Part shown: one piece after another, positions 29,611 to 42,629 of the stretch | How the letters are laid out: each line of letters opens with the position of its first letter | Position numbering within the stretch: the first letter of the stretch is position 1 | Notes under the pieces: generated by a model | What the model was told of the DNA's origin: nothing | Databases searched by the model: none | What the model saw: only the letters and a program-made list of their open reading frames with translations | Assembly: GCF_009914755.1 (NCBI RefSeq) | Contig: NC_060936.1 | Length of the DNA stretch: 64,000 nucleotides | Strand: one strand, 5' to 3' | From: the human T2T-CHM13v2.0 reference genome, Homo sapiens | Made by a program: the position numbers and the translations under genes

Positions 29611-32600
29611 CTCAAACTGAATTGTCCTATAAATGCTGCTTTGCAAGTGTAATTGAAGTTTTGTAAACTTTGCTTTCACTGATTTATGAAGAGCCACATT
29701 GGCCCAGGGAGAGAAGGTGGGTTTGTGAAAGTTTATCATTGTAACAGGCCTGCTGGCCACTCATGACCTCAGGGATCAGCAACTCTTTCAGCCCTGATGC
29801 TGGGAACAAGAAAAAAAAAAGAAAAGAAAAGAAAAAAAACTTTCTGGTTTCACTTGCAGGCCTTAAGTGGGAGGTGGGGGATGGGATGGGAACTGAGAAA
29901 CAGACATCCATTGTAGGTGTATGTTAAGGGCTGGCTTCTCATGCCTTTATATCCTTTATATAAATGAAATATATTATCCATTTTTTTCTCTCCCTAAATG
30001 GGCTTCCAGACTTAAATATAAGCTGATTACAAAGAAGCCTGGGAATTTTTCTCTACCTAATTCTCACTCAGCCTACCCTGAAGTCCAGCAACTGCCCCCT
30101 CCCACCTCTGCATATATCCACTTCCTATTTGTAGTGCAGTAAGAGTAGGCTGGCCTTTGTGTCACCCCTACTGGAGAGAGATTATGTCTTTCATCTCTAG
30201 TCTCAAGGCCTAGCACAGTGTCTGGTATTCAGACACTCAGTAGCTGTTTGGTGGATGAATAAATAAAATCAGTATACATTGCACCCTGAAACCTGGGCTA
30301 ATGTCTACCTGATTCTAGAGTAACTGTCACCATACATTGAAAAAGGCGCTAATTATAAGAGGTGTGTGTAGACAGGCCAAAAGCATTTCCAAAGTGTGAA
30401 TTCAGGAGTGTTTTATAAATGTGTGTCTTTGCAGTCGCCTCCAAGGCCATCCTTACTGATATATTGTTTTAGTTTTTATGAGGTTTGTGCTAGCCCAGTT
30501 CTCAACATGAAATAGCAAAAAGGCATCTGTTGGTCTGCTTTTATTGTACCTCAGTTCTCTCTGCTGCTTTGCCTTTGGGAGACAGTGGCCTGCACCTATC
30601 TGCTTAGAGCCTGGATATGAAGGCCCAAAGCCTGCACTGTTACTTCTACATCATACCTTAGACACTGTCAAGAATCATAACTACCCACCGTGCTGTGTGC
30701 TTACATTCTGTCATTTCATCCCCATTTTACCTCGAAGGAACTGGAGCTCAGGGGCATTAGGAAACTTGCCCACTTAAGAATTGATGGCACTGGAACTCAA
30801 ATCCAGGTCTTCCTGGTTCCAGAGTCTGTGTTCATCAGCGGGTTTGGCCAGGTATACTAAAGAGCAAGAAGACTGGAGATTGCAGATGTAAAGATCATGG
30901 CACACGTGTCCTGAGTGCTCTTTTTGAGGGAATTCCTGCCCACTACCACTGTCTCAAGCCGCCAGAGAGACAGCTTGCCCAAAGAGAGGCTGTGACCTGG
31001 AGGGAGGTACTGTGGCTGTGTTAGGTTCCTGGGGTTCAGCTGAAGGTGGCCCTGGTGGCTTTCCCCACGCACCTGAGAGTTTCCTGGGAAACAATGGGCG
31101 TGGGCTTCCAAGGCTGTGGTATTACCCCAGTGGTTTGGTTAGTCTGGCACTTGCAGAAATTCAGCTACAGTTAGAGTCCTCTTATGTATTGATTGTAGAA
31201 AATAGATCTTTATCTTAGGTAGTTGATAAGAAACCCAAAGAATGTAGTTTCTCAGAAGAGCTTTTAGTGATTAATGGATTTAGTGAAGCAGCAGGCTATA
31301 TAGAGTTAGGAAATATTGTCACTAACATACTGTTTTTCATCTCCCTTCCCTGCCAAACCACCACATCATTTCTTTTCTGAGAGGCCATAAATTCCAACAC
31401 TAACCATATTTCACAAATGACTTAGAACTATTTGTCATCCCATTAGTCCAATCCCAGGTATTTATTGCTGGTGCTATTTTGGAAGCCGAGGATAGAAAAG
31501 AACAATGCCAGATGCATTGTAGATGTTTAATAAATATTTGTTAAGTGAATAAATGGATGGACAAGCTTACTATAAAATGGGTTCTTATCCTTCATTTGAT
31601 TCTCACCTATTTTACTCATACTGTATATGAGACAGTTTTAAGAATCTGAAGGTACATAAACATGACTGGTACCCTGGCTCTTCTTACAGGACAGTCCACA
31701 ATCTGGGTGGTACACAGAGATCTGTGACATATAGCTAAAGTGCTATGTGCTGAAGACTCTGAATGAAGAGCTGTCTTGAAAGACAATACTTGTCTTGGCA
31801 ATCAGAAGAATAAGATCCCTCTGGCTGAGAAGCCAGGGAACACTTAGCCATAGGTGAGATTTAAGCTTGCCATGGAGAATGGGTCAAATGTCAAAAGGAG
31901 GAGGTGCTGGGGGACAGCAGCTCAGGGACTTGCTTGGGAGAAGCTGCAGAGGCAGGAACATATAAATTCTGGGGAGGGAGCCGTAAGTGACTGACTCAGA
32001 GTGGTACACAAATTGCTGCTTGGATGGGTGTTGGGACCAGTCTGATAGCATTGAACTCCATGGTAGAGGGAATCATGTCAAGTTTAAGAAAAGGTCAAAG
32101 AGAATGGTAACAGGGAAAAGGCCTTATAACTGTCATCGTGGATTCTTTTTCTTATTGTCCATTCCCTCTTCCTCCATACTAAATGAAGTCACCCCAAGCC
32201 ATCCTGCATATCTCCACCATGTTATTACTAAGACACTGCTTTGACCATACTGTCTGCAACACTGTGGTTTCACCAACACCTATAGAATACATTATGCCCT
32301 TCTTAGTGGGGGTTTCAAGACTCTTTGGCCCATGCCAACTTATCTAATCTTATCCTTCAGCTTGTTACCCAACCATCTACTTTCCAAGTTCTTCCCTGGA
32401 CCCCTTCTCTGCCATCTTGGTCTGCTCATGCCCACCTCACCTGTGTGCTTTCCCGCATCCCTGCCTTATTAGAACTTTGCTTGTACCATCTTTCTAGCCT
32501 GGATGCCCTCCCTTCATCTGTGCCCATCAGAATATCAAAGGCCCATTTTTTAGTCTCCAAAATTTTAAACTCTTAGAAGATGGAAACCAAGTATTTCTTT

Positions 32601-32769
32601 TCACACCCATCAGTGGGTTATGGGTGGTAAGCACCAAGCACATGTTGAATACATAAATATCTTTCATCCTCTCTTTTCCTCTATTCCTACATATAACTAA
32701 GAGTGACTGTATCCCTTAGATAAAGAGGCCTTCCAATTGTATGATACTTTAGACTTTCCAAAGGTTATG

Positions 32770-33010
32770 GCGTAGCAGTCCCAAACACCTCATCTGAAGC
32801 CAGGCTGTCTGGGTTCCCACCATTGCTGTGCCAGCTGTGTGACCTTGGACAAGTTACATAACCTCTCTTTGCCTCAGTTTTTTCATCAACATAAAGGGAA
32901 GAATAAAGGTACTTATTTCATAAGAGTTTCTAGAAGGATTAAATATGTTATTCGTAAAATGCTGAAAACTATGTCTAGCACATAGTGAGCATTATATAAT
33001 GCTTGCTAAA
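32770..33010 (+). mobile_element. MIR
   Basis: agctgtgtgaccttggacaagttacataacctctctttgcctcagttt. Confidence 0.8.
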
Positions 33011-34386
33011 GTAAATTATACGTATATATGTACATATCTGTATATATTGTATACATAGATATATATAGTAAATACTCAATAAAATTTAAATTAAAAAAAT
33101 ACACACACAGGGACACACAATTTGGCATCCATGACGACCTTGTAAAGTAATCAAGAGGCATTAAATAATTTCCCGACACCTAGTAATTGTAGATCCATTC
33201 CTGGGATCCGTGTCTTCTAACTTTTGAGCCAGTAGTCAAAAAGTAGAAACTATATCATTAATCTATTGATCTCTCCAACACATATAGTTTTCAGATATAT
33301 AGTGATTTCTTAACACGAAGCATTAAATTTGCTACAGGTATTTTTATTATTTTGATTTAAACTATAAGAGTAGTGTCAGATACATGATATGGCCATGTCA
33401 GTAAGAAAAAAATATTAACTTCTGTGCAAGTTATCATATAGGATATCCCAATCTCCTAAGGAAATTCATGACGTGGGTCGTTTTCTACTTGACTATTTTT
33501 TCAGCAGTTGAGGAAAAATGGAGCAAGAAAGATAAATTAGGTGTATTGAATGGAGAATTATGCATGAAGTTTTAGTAGAGAAGAATTCAAACAGGAAAAT
33601 ATGCTATGGGAGTACATTTACATGGCTATATGCCTGTCAGGTCATTTGGTATGCAAAGGCTTGTGTTTGCATTAAGCTGGTGGAGAAGCTGTTATTTTCT
33701 TTGCAGTATGTATTCAAAATGCACCTGTAAAAAATAAAAGCTTTCCTTTACTTCTCTGAAAAAGAAAGAGAACTGTCTGTTATTTTAAACACAAAATACA
33801 TTTGACTTCTGTCAACAGCTTACATTTTAAATAATGCAGTTTGTACTTGCATTCATTATCTGCAATTAGAGTTCTCGAAAAAGCTTTTAGCGTTTATCTC
33901 CCCAACTTTTAAAATTCATTCACTGTAACTGTTAACATTTTAGTGAATAGTGGAAACCCTAAGACAAATTGGAAAACTCAACAAAGAAATTTGCTTTCCG
34001 GAAATTACCACCGAACTAGGTAGAGAATACTCAGCTATTGTGCTGAACCACATTATGATGAGATACACTCTTTTCTTTCCAGCGTTAGGTCAGACTCAAA
34101 TGTTTTCCTTTTAACCCACACTAGTCAGTAAGGAACACCCTGCTGGCAGTCAGCGCAGTATCCTTTCTCTCAGGCTTAGTTTGTGCAAACTACCTGTTTA
34201 TACTAGTCCTCAGTGTCCAAGTCAAGCAAGAGTCAGAAGTTCAGATTTTTTCTTTGCGATAATTTATTTAAAAGAAATATTTCTCAGATACTCGGGGTGG
34301 CCTGAGGTGCCTTTTCATCCAAGTGCAATGAGAGTCACATGTTCTCATTTCCTCACTCCTATTAGCAAGAATACAGACAGCTGAGC

Positions 34387-34389
<3 letters not shown>

Positions 34390-34449
<60 letters not shown>
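34390..34449. repeat. Perfect (TG)29 microsatellite
   Basis: Directly visible. Purine-pyrimidine alternation extends over 34388-34453. Confidence 0.98.
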
Positions 34450-34451
<2 letters not shown>

Positions 34452-34839
34452 ACTCTCTCATTTTAAGATATAACTGGAACCAAGACCCAAATATAATAGT
34501 ATGTGGGTTTGCTTCAGGCAGGGAATAACAAGAGCCAAGCCTAGAAAGAAATGCAAGGTGTGTGTAGATTCGTTGACCTTTTGCTGTTTGCCCAGCTGCG
34601 GGGTGACTCCCTTTTCATTTCCCAGCTGCTCAGCTGCTTCCTACTGCTATTTTATTTTGCTTTTAAACTGGAGTAGCCAACCAAACTTCTCCCAGACAGG
34701 TTCAATAATTACTAAAAACAGACAACTTTCCAATTACACAAGGCTCAGAAAAAGCTGCCAGTGCTTTATATTTTAGCCCTTACTTTGTTCTGGCTCTGTA
34801 ATGCCTTTAACATGATTTACCAGCTTACATTTTTAAGGA

Positions 34840-35230
34840 AAGCCATCATCAGATTTTATGAAAATAAGTAAAGGTTCTTCGTTAACCCCATGTTTTACCC
34901 TTCAAAATAGTCATCTTGAGAACATGTGTTAAGTTGAACCATAAGAAAATGCTGATTTTCCACCTTTTTAATAACCTACAGAAACATCAATTTCATATGG
35001 ATTAACCTAAATAAATATATTTATTCCAGTGATGCTTCCAGGTCTCAAACTATTTAAAAACTCATCTCTTGAAATGAGAAAAATCAAATTCATTACTTGA
35101 AAACATTGCATTATTCTCAACTTCTTAGACCTTAGTTATAAAATTGGCTCTGAGTAACGTGGTTATTTCCATATGAAATGAAGTCTGTCTTCTGGGGATG
35201 AGAATTTGACATCATTTATAATAAAGTACT
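34840..35230. mobile_element. MARNA-like ancient mariner-derived element, split by MADE2
   Basis: cccttcaaaatagtcatcttgag...tttattccagtgatgcttcca resembles the recalled MARNA consensus. Confidence 0.5.
34929..35010. mobile_element. MADE2 mariner MITE (about 80-bp palindrome)
   Basis: Inverted ends ttaagttgaaccataagaaaatg ... caatttcatatggattaacctaa. Confidence 0.8.
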
Positions 35231-35619
35231 GCCACGAATGCTTAGCACTGGGTGCCGAGTTCGGGTGTGCTCCTCGATACATCCTTTGCATTGGAGTCAT
35301 CACACCTTACATGTGTTGTTTCTTTTAAGGAGCATAATTGTGCTCAAAATACACAGGTTTTCGAATTCACCCGGATGTCTGACATATGAAAGCATACTGA
35401 AATTATATTGGAAAAATTATGATTTTCAGATAAAATCTGTGACTCTGAAATCTGTGACTGTTACTCTCCTGTACCTAAGAATACAGAGATTACATACCGA
35501 TTTATAGATACCGTTATAAAAATAATGAATAGCTTGTTTATTATTTAAGAAAATATTTATTAAGCACCTATGTTGTCTGAAATACTTTCAGAGATAACAC
35601 AATAGATCAGTTTATTTTA

Positions 35620-36980
<1,361 letters not shown>

Positions 36981-37573
36981 TATTTTTTTGTTTTGTTTTG
37001 TTTTTGTTTGTTTGTTTTTTTAAGAAAATAAATGTTTTCTACATTGAACATAAAAAATATATATTACTTTGTGGTCAGAAAAACAATGTTTTTTCAACTA
37101 AAACTATGTATGAACCTTAATATTTACATTTTTTACTTTGAAAAATAGATTTTATGCAATAAAATTCCTTTAATAAAGACTGTACTAATTTGGGTTTGGG
37201 TTGGGCTAAAATCAATCCATGAATAAACAGTTTATTCTGCAAATTAATAATGTAGAGGAGATTTTACAGAAATACTTTTAAGCTTAAGAGAACTTTTCAA
37301 GTACATTGAAAAGTATGCATAAGACTCCGTAAATCATTTTTTCACCAAATCCTGTCCTCTAGGTGCTTTTTCCTGGCAGATGAATTTGCATATTTCTGTG
37401 TGCTTTATGTAGAAGCAGTAGTCCATAATTCACTTACTTTACTGACAATCTGACTTTTCCCCTCTGCCATTTGGAAGGTGGTATGTGTATCATATACGTC
37501 GTATAAATGGTTCCCATTCACTCTCTAAATGACAGACAGACATCTTGTAACAATTTGGGTCACTTTTCCACAG

Positions 37574-37756
37574 GTGATGAAAACATACCATATGTATCAT
37601 GCAGAGAGCATCAGTGCAGAGAGCAAGCTGAAAGAGGCCGAAAAACAAGAGGAAAAGCAAATTGGGAGATCTGGTGATCCAGTCTTCCATATTCGACTAG
37701 AGGAGAGACATCAACGGCGAAGCTCTGTAAAGAAAATTGAAAAAATGAAAGAAAAA
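37574..37756 (+). CDS. SRGAP1: SRGAP1 coding exon (probably exon 5), 183 nt, VMKTYHMYHAESISAESKLKEAEKQEEKQ...RRSSVKKIEKMKEK
   Basis: cttttccacAG acceptor and AAA|GTAAGT donor. Lies inside ORF 37529..37810. Recognisable srGAP F-BAR sequence. Confidence 0.96.
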
Positions 37757-38230
37757 GTAAGTAAAGAGATTGCAGAGCTCTTCTGCCTTCATTTGAGGAG
37801 ACAATACTAAGAACACTGATGCAATAGCTGATATCCACACATTGTAAGTTATTGTGAAAAGACATGCATTTCCTCCCATGGGAATGAGAAATGTTTAGGA
37901 AATATAAAAATCATGTAATAACAGCTGGACATCATTTAGTGGTGAATGCCAAGTATTCAATACACAGTGTGGAGAACTTGAATATTAACAAGGAGATTTC
38001 ATTGCAAATGGGCCTGAAGCCCAAATACATTGTTATTATTCCCCATAGCTGGGTAATTTTAGTTTGCTATTTAAATCAGATTCAAAATGTACTTTTGGCA
38101 AAGGACTTTCAGGGTCATTTGTATATGTGGAATAAATTGTTAAGGTTAATAAAAATGCATGTATGTTTCTCTGTCTTGATTAAAAATGACTTTGCATTCT
38201 TTCCCAATGCCTGGATCTTCTTCATTCCAG

Positions 38231-38359
38231 AGACAAGCAAAATATTCAGAAAATAAGCTAAAATCAATTAAGGCACGGAACGAATATCTCCTAACACTTG
38301 AAGCCACCAATGCCTCAGTTTTCAAGTACTATATTCATGATCTTTCTGATTTAATTGAT
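38231..38359 (+). CDS. SRGAP1: SRGAP1 coding exon (probably exon 6), 129 nt, RQAKYSENKLKSIKARNEYLLTLEATNASVFKYYIHDLSDLID
   Basis: ttcttcattccAG acceptor and GAT|GTGAGT donor. Contains the ARNEYLL F-BAR motif. Lies inside ORF 38186..38371. Confidence 0.96.
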
Positions 38360-39454
38360 GTGAGTACTTGAAGTTTTTGTCTTTTCCATATTAAAATGAA
38401 ATTAACAATAACCATATTTCGTTGATTGGAAAATACTGTCATTTCTTAAGACTGTTATTTTACGTAATACTCAAAAAGAAAAAAATACTTTTATTTAAAT
38501 TATCCGTAATATGAAGACACTATCATCTGTAAGATGCATGTGAAAAAGCGTGTATCCTAAAACCAATGAAAAATAACTGGTTAGATTCTGTGAAGCTGTG
38601 AGAAGCCTGGTAAACTTAGCTAAGACAGGGCCCAGTCATTTGCAAGTTATGCAGTGGCACAGCCCTAACTGCATTCATTAATTCAAAATATATTTATTGG
38701 GCCCCCACTACTGTGAGATGCTGAAGCTCTTAGAAGCCATATGCAGCCCTTACCCTCTAGGATTTAAAGTGGAGAAGACATACTTAAGAAATGATTAAAT
38801 GGATGATTACTTTATTACAGTTGTGATCATTACTGGGATGCAAAATAGAGTGCACATAAGTGACATTTACAGATGTAACTAAGTCTCTGTACATTCTCTC
38901 ATAGGATATGATATAAAAAAGCAGTAATTAGGTTTATTTAGAGCTCTCCTAATACATATTCATTATATGTATGCAGCATTTACTGCCATTATTCCCCAAC
39001 TTTAACCCTCCACATTATTAATTCATCCTTTCATTCAGAAAACATGTACTGAGTAGCCCAGTAATTGTGCTAACACTGTAAGAGACTGCAAAGATGAAAC
39101 ACAAAAATCCCATGTCCAAAAATGCCACTGCCTGCAAATAAAAGATAACAAGTGATTAAGTGCCATAAAAACAGCACAGATAAAGTCATAGAGGTTCAGA
39201 GGGTTATCTGCTGGAATTTTATTCATATACTGCTTTGTATTGCCTGGATTCAACAGTTTTATTATAGAATATTTTATGGCTCATAGTAGCCGTCATAATT
39301 TAAACATACAGTAGGTTAAAACAACTTCATTTTTCTGGTGAATTTAAGTCTCATGTATTTAGCTGTGCCAAACTGTTCAGCCACAGTTTGGGATTTCTAC
39401 AAAAGAATTGTTGAGGGAAGGAATTATTTTTTAGCTTATTAACACTCTGATGTG

Positions 39455-39457
<3 letters not shown>

Positions 39458-39500
<43 letters not shown>

Positions 39501-39776
39501 CAGAGTCTCACTCTGTCACCCAGGCTTTAGTGCACTGGCACTATCGCGGCTTACTTAACCTCTGCCTCCTGGGTTCAAGCGATTCTTTTGCCTCAGCTTC
39601 CCGAGTATCTGGGACTACAGGCACATGCTACCACACAGGCTAATTTTTGTATTTTTAGTAGAGATGGGCTTTCACCATGTTGCCCAGGCCAATGTTGAAC
39701 TCCTAAGCTCAAGTGATCCACCTGCCTCAGCCTCCAGAAGAGCTGGGATTACAGGCCTGAGCCACTGTGCCTGGCC
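39458..39776 (-). mobile_element. Alu (J/S) with long poly-T
   Basis: About 39 T followed by antisense Alu. Confidence 0.9.
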
Positions 39777-40233
39777 AGCCACCTCACCCAACCTCTGATG
39801 TGAATTTTTTCTTTTCGTCTCAAAACAACTTTATCCTATAATATCATAATTTGTTTATATAGAACCATGTAGTAATAAATAAAACCAGGGAAATTTTTCT
39901 TTTTTCATTTATTACAAAATATTTCATTCAAGTAATCACTTGATTATTTTAAATGCAGAACCTTTTTGTGTTGTTTTAAATACTTACTTCTTCCAGCACC
40001 CTAATGAAATAAAACGAACTTTTTCTGTTACACTGCCCCTAGATTTCCTAAATAAAAGATTTTATTTTAGTTTTTTGAGTAAAAATAAAGAATTTTATAA
40101 CCCCAGTTTTCAAACTTAAATCTGTCAGGTTTCTCCAAGGTATAGGGAATATAAAAGAACTAATATTCTTTCTTGCTTTTTTGATTGGGGTTCATTTTCG
40201 TAGTGATTGGAGTACTTGGCTAAATCCAAACCA

Positions 40234-40534
40234 ATTTTTTTTTTTTTTCTGAGATGGAGTCTCACTCTGTCACGTAGGCTGGAGTTCAGTGGTACAATCT
40301 TGGCTCACTGCAACCTCGGCCTCCCAGGTTCAGGCAATTCTCCTGCCTCAGCCTCTTGAGTAGCTGGAATTACAGGCGTGCGCAACCACACCCAGCTAAT
40401 TTTTGTATTTTTAGTAGAGATGGGGATTTACCATGTTGGTTAGGCTGGTCTCGAACTCCTGACCTCGTGATCCACCTGGCTTAGCTTCCCAAAGTGCTGG
40501 GATTACAGGTGTGAACGTGCCACCGTGCCCAGCC
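40234..40534 (-). mobile_element. AluS (Sg/Sc-like)
   Basis: TSD ATCCAAACCAA. 2-nt deletion gacctcgtgatc. Confidence 0.9.
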
Positions 40535-40589
40535 CATCCAAACCAACTTTAATACAAGAAAAACTCTCCGTGTATAGAAAAGTACTTCT

Positions 40590-41540
40590 TTAATACCTAA
40601 AAGGTGCTAAGCACCATTCCTGACAATGGGAATCCAGCAGTGAATAAAATGAAGGCTTCATCTTTATTGATTTTATGTACGAGTTGGGAGACAAACTATA
40701 AATGAATTTATATACATACAAGTACATGTATACACACACACATATAAAATAAGTCATGACAATGCCATACAGAAAAATGAAACAGAGCTATGGATGTGGT
40801 TCTTTTGATGGGGTGTCCAGGAAAAGCCTGATACCTGAGTAGAGGAGTGAGCTGCAATGCCATGCAGCTATCTGGGGAAGGAATGCCTCACACAGAAGGA
40901 CTGGCATATTGAAGGGTGCAGAGGCAGAGGTGTGTCTTCCCATCTTAAGATGCTCATGGAATAGCAAAGGAGGCCAGGATGGCTGCAGCTGAGCAAGTGA
41001 GGAGGAAGGTGCTAGGAGATGAGGTTGGCAGAAGCCCTATCACTTAGCATCTTTTGGATAGGGAAGGGTTTGAATTTTGTTCTATGTGTGATGGGGAGCC
41101 ATTGAAGGGTTTTTTGAGCAGGGAAGTGACATCACCTGGGTTACATTTTAAAGATTCACTCTGGCAGCAGAGTGAGAAATAGACTAAAGGAGGCAGGAGG
41201 ACACGAGTGAAAACAGGGAGCTATAGCAAGAGTCTTTGTGGTTGCCCAGGCTAAAGATGATGCTGGCTTGGACTGGTGTAGTAGTGATAGACCTACACAA
41301 GTGGTAGGATCAAAACAGATTGAAGCTAGAGCTCACAGGAATTTGCTGCCATGTGTGAAAAAGAGGATAGAAATGACTGCTAGGTTGAGGTCCTAAAAAA
41401 TGACTCCTAGGTTACTGATAATGCCATCTACTGAGATGGGGGCCCCAGGGGAGAAGCAGGCTGAAGCGGGAGCAGTAGTCCTGCTATGTCTGAGAAGACT
41501 GAGATACCTATCAGACATCTGTGTGGAGATGTAAAGGAGC
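40590..41540. mobile_element. L2 LINE remnant
   Basis: ggggagccattgaagggttttttgagcagggaagtgacat...aaagattcactctggcagcag. Confidence 0.7.
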
Positions 41541-42629
41541 ATCCTCAATATTCTTGGGATATATCAGACTGGAATCGCATATCAGGATTTTGAGAGTCAT
41601 TACCATCATTGTCATGGATATTTATTGAGTGCCTACCATGTAACAGGCAGCATAATCTCATTGAATCATCACAACACTCTGACATAAATAGTGTTTTCTC
41701 CATTTTATAGACTGAAAAACAAAACAAAACAAAACTGAGATTTAGCTAGGCTAGATAACTTGCCTAAGGTTATGCAGCCAATCAGGGGTAGGCTTCAAAC
41801 TCATACATTTTTAACTTCCAGATCTAATTGACTCTGACCTAAATAAGTAACTGTTAAATATCCCAAGTGATTTTCCATTTTTAAAAAAGTTGGACTTTTG
41901 AAAGATCAGTCTTAAATTTAAAATGTGAACAATTCTCAAATAATATAACTTAAGATATTGGAAATAAATGATATGAAGTTGGTTTGTTGTATATTCAGCT
42001 GAAATTGGGTACTCTCTTAGTGAAAGTAATTTTTATGTTCCATGACTCACTTTTAAGGCAATTAGAGTGTGAATATGTATATTCTAAAATGGTTGCTTAT
42101 TTTGTAGGAATCCAATTTGCATATATAGTAGTGATCCTAACAACCATTAAGCTTGACCCTTCCTGGTGAAAAAGAAACAGGTAGATTATTATGCAGAGGT
42201 ATCTAGAATTCTTCATGCTTTGTGAGTTTATTTAGCGAAGTACATCTTATACTGAGCTATCTAATAATAATGAGAAGAGCTGTAATGCCTCCGGTGAGAA
42301 AAAGTCAAGACAACATTTTTAATGCACAGCATTTTGTATGTGAAATGACATGAAAGGCAGTAAATGTATCTTGATAAATTCAAAGCATTATAAAGAGTCA
42401 GAGAATTAAAGTTGAGATCTTTTTATATAAACCCCCAGTTTCCTTTTACCTTCCACTCATGTCAGTATCTGTCTTTTTTCTAACAAAGTTTCTATGATGA
42501 ACCATTATAAATGGATCTATTGATACCACAGAAAAGTCACAAATTTTCCACAGAAACTATTATAGAAGCAGTACATGTGTATTGTAAAAAACCAGAAAAT
42601 ACTATAAGCAAATATAAAGTGATCACATT

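Noticed and set aside
37529-37573. In-frame ATG extension (MTDRHLVTIWVTFPQ) upstream of exon 5
   Set aside because: It runs through the branch point and pyrimidine tract, has no promoter evidence, and is short enough to occur by chance.
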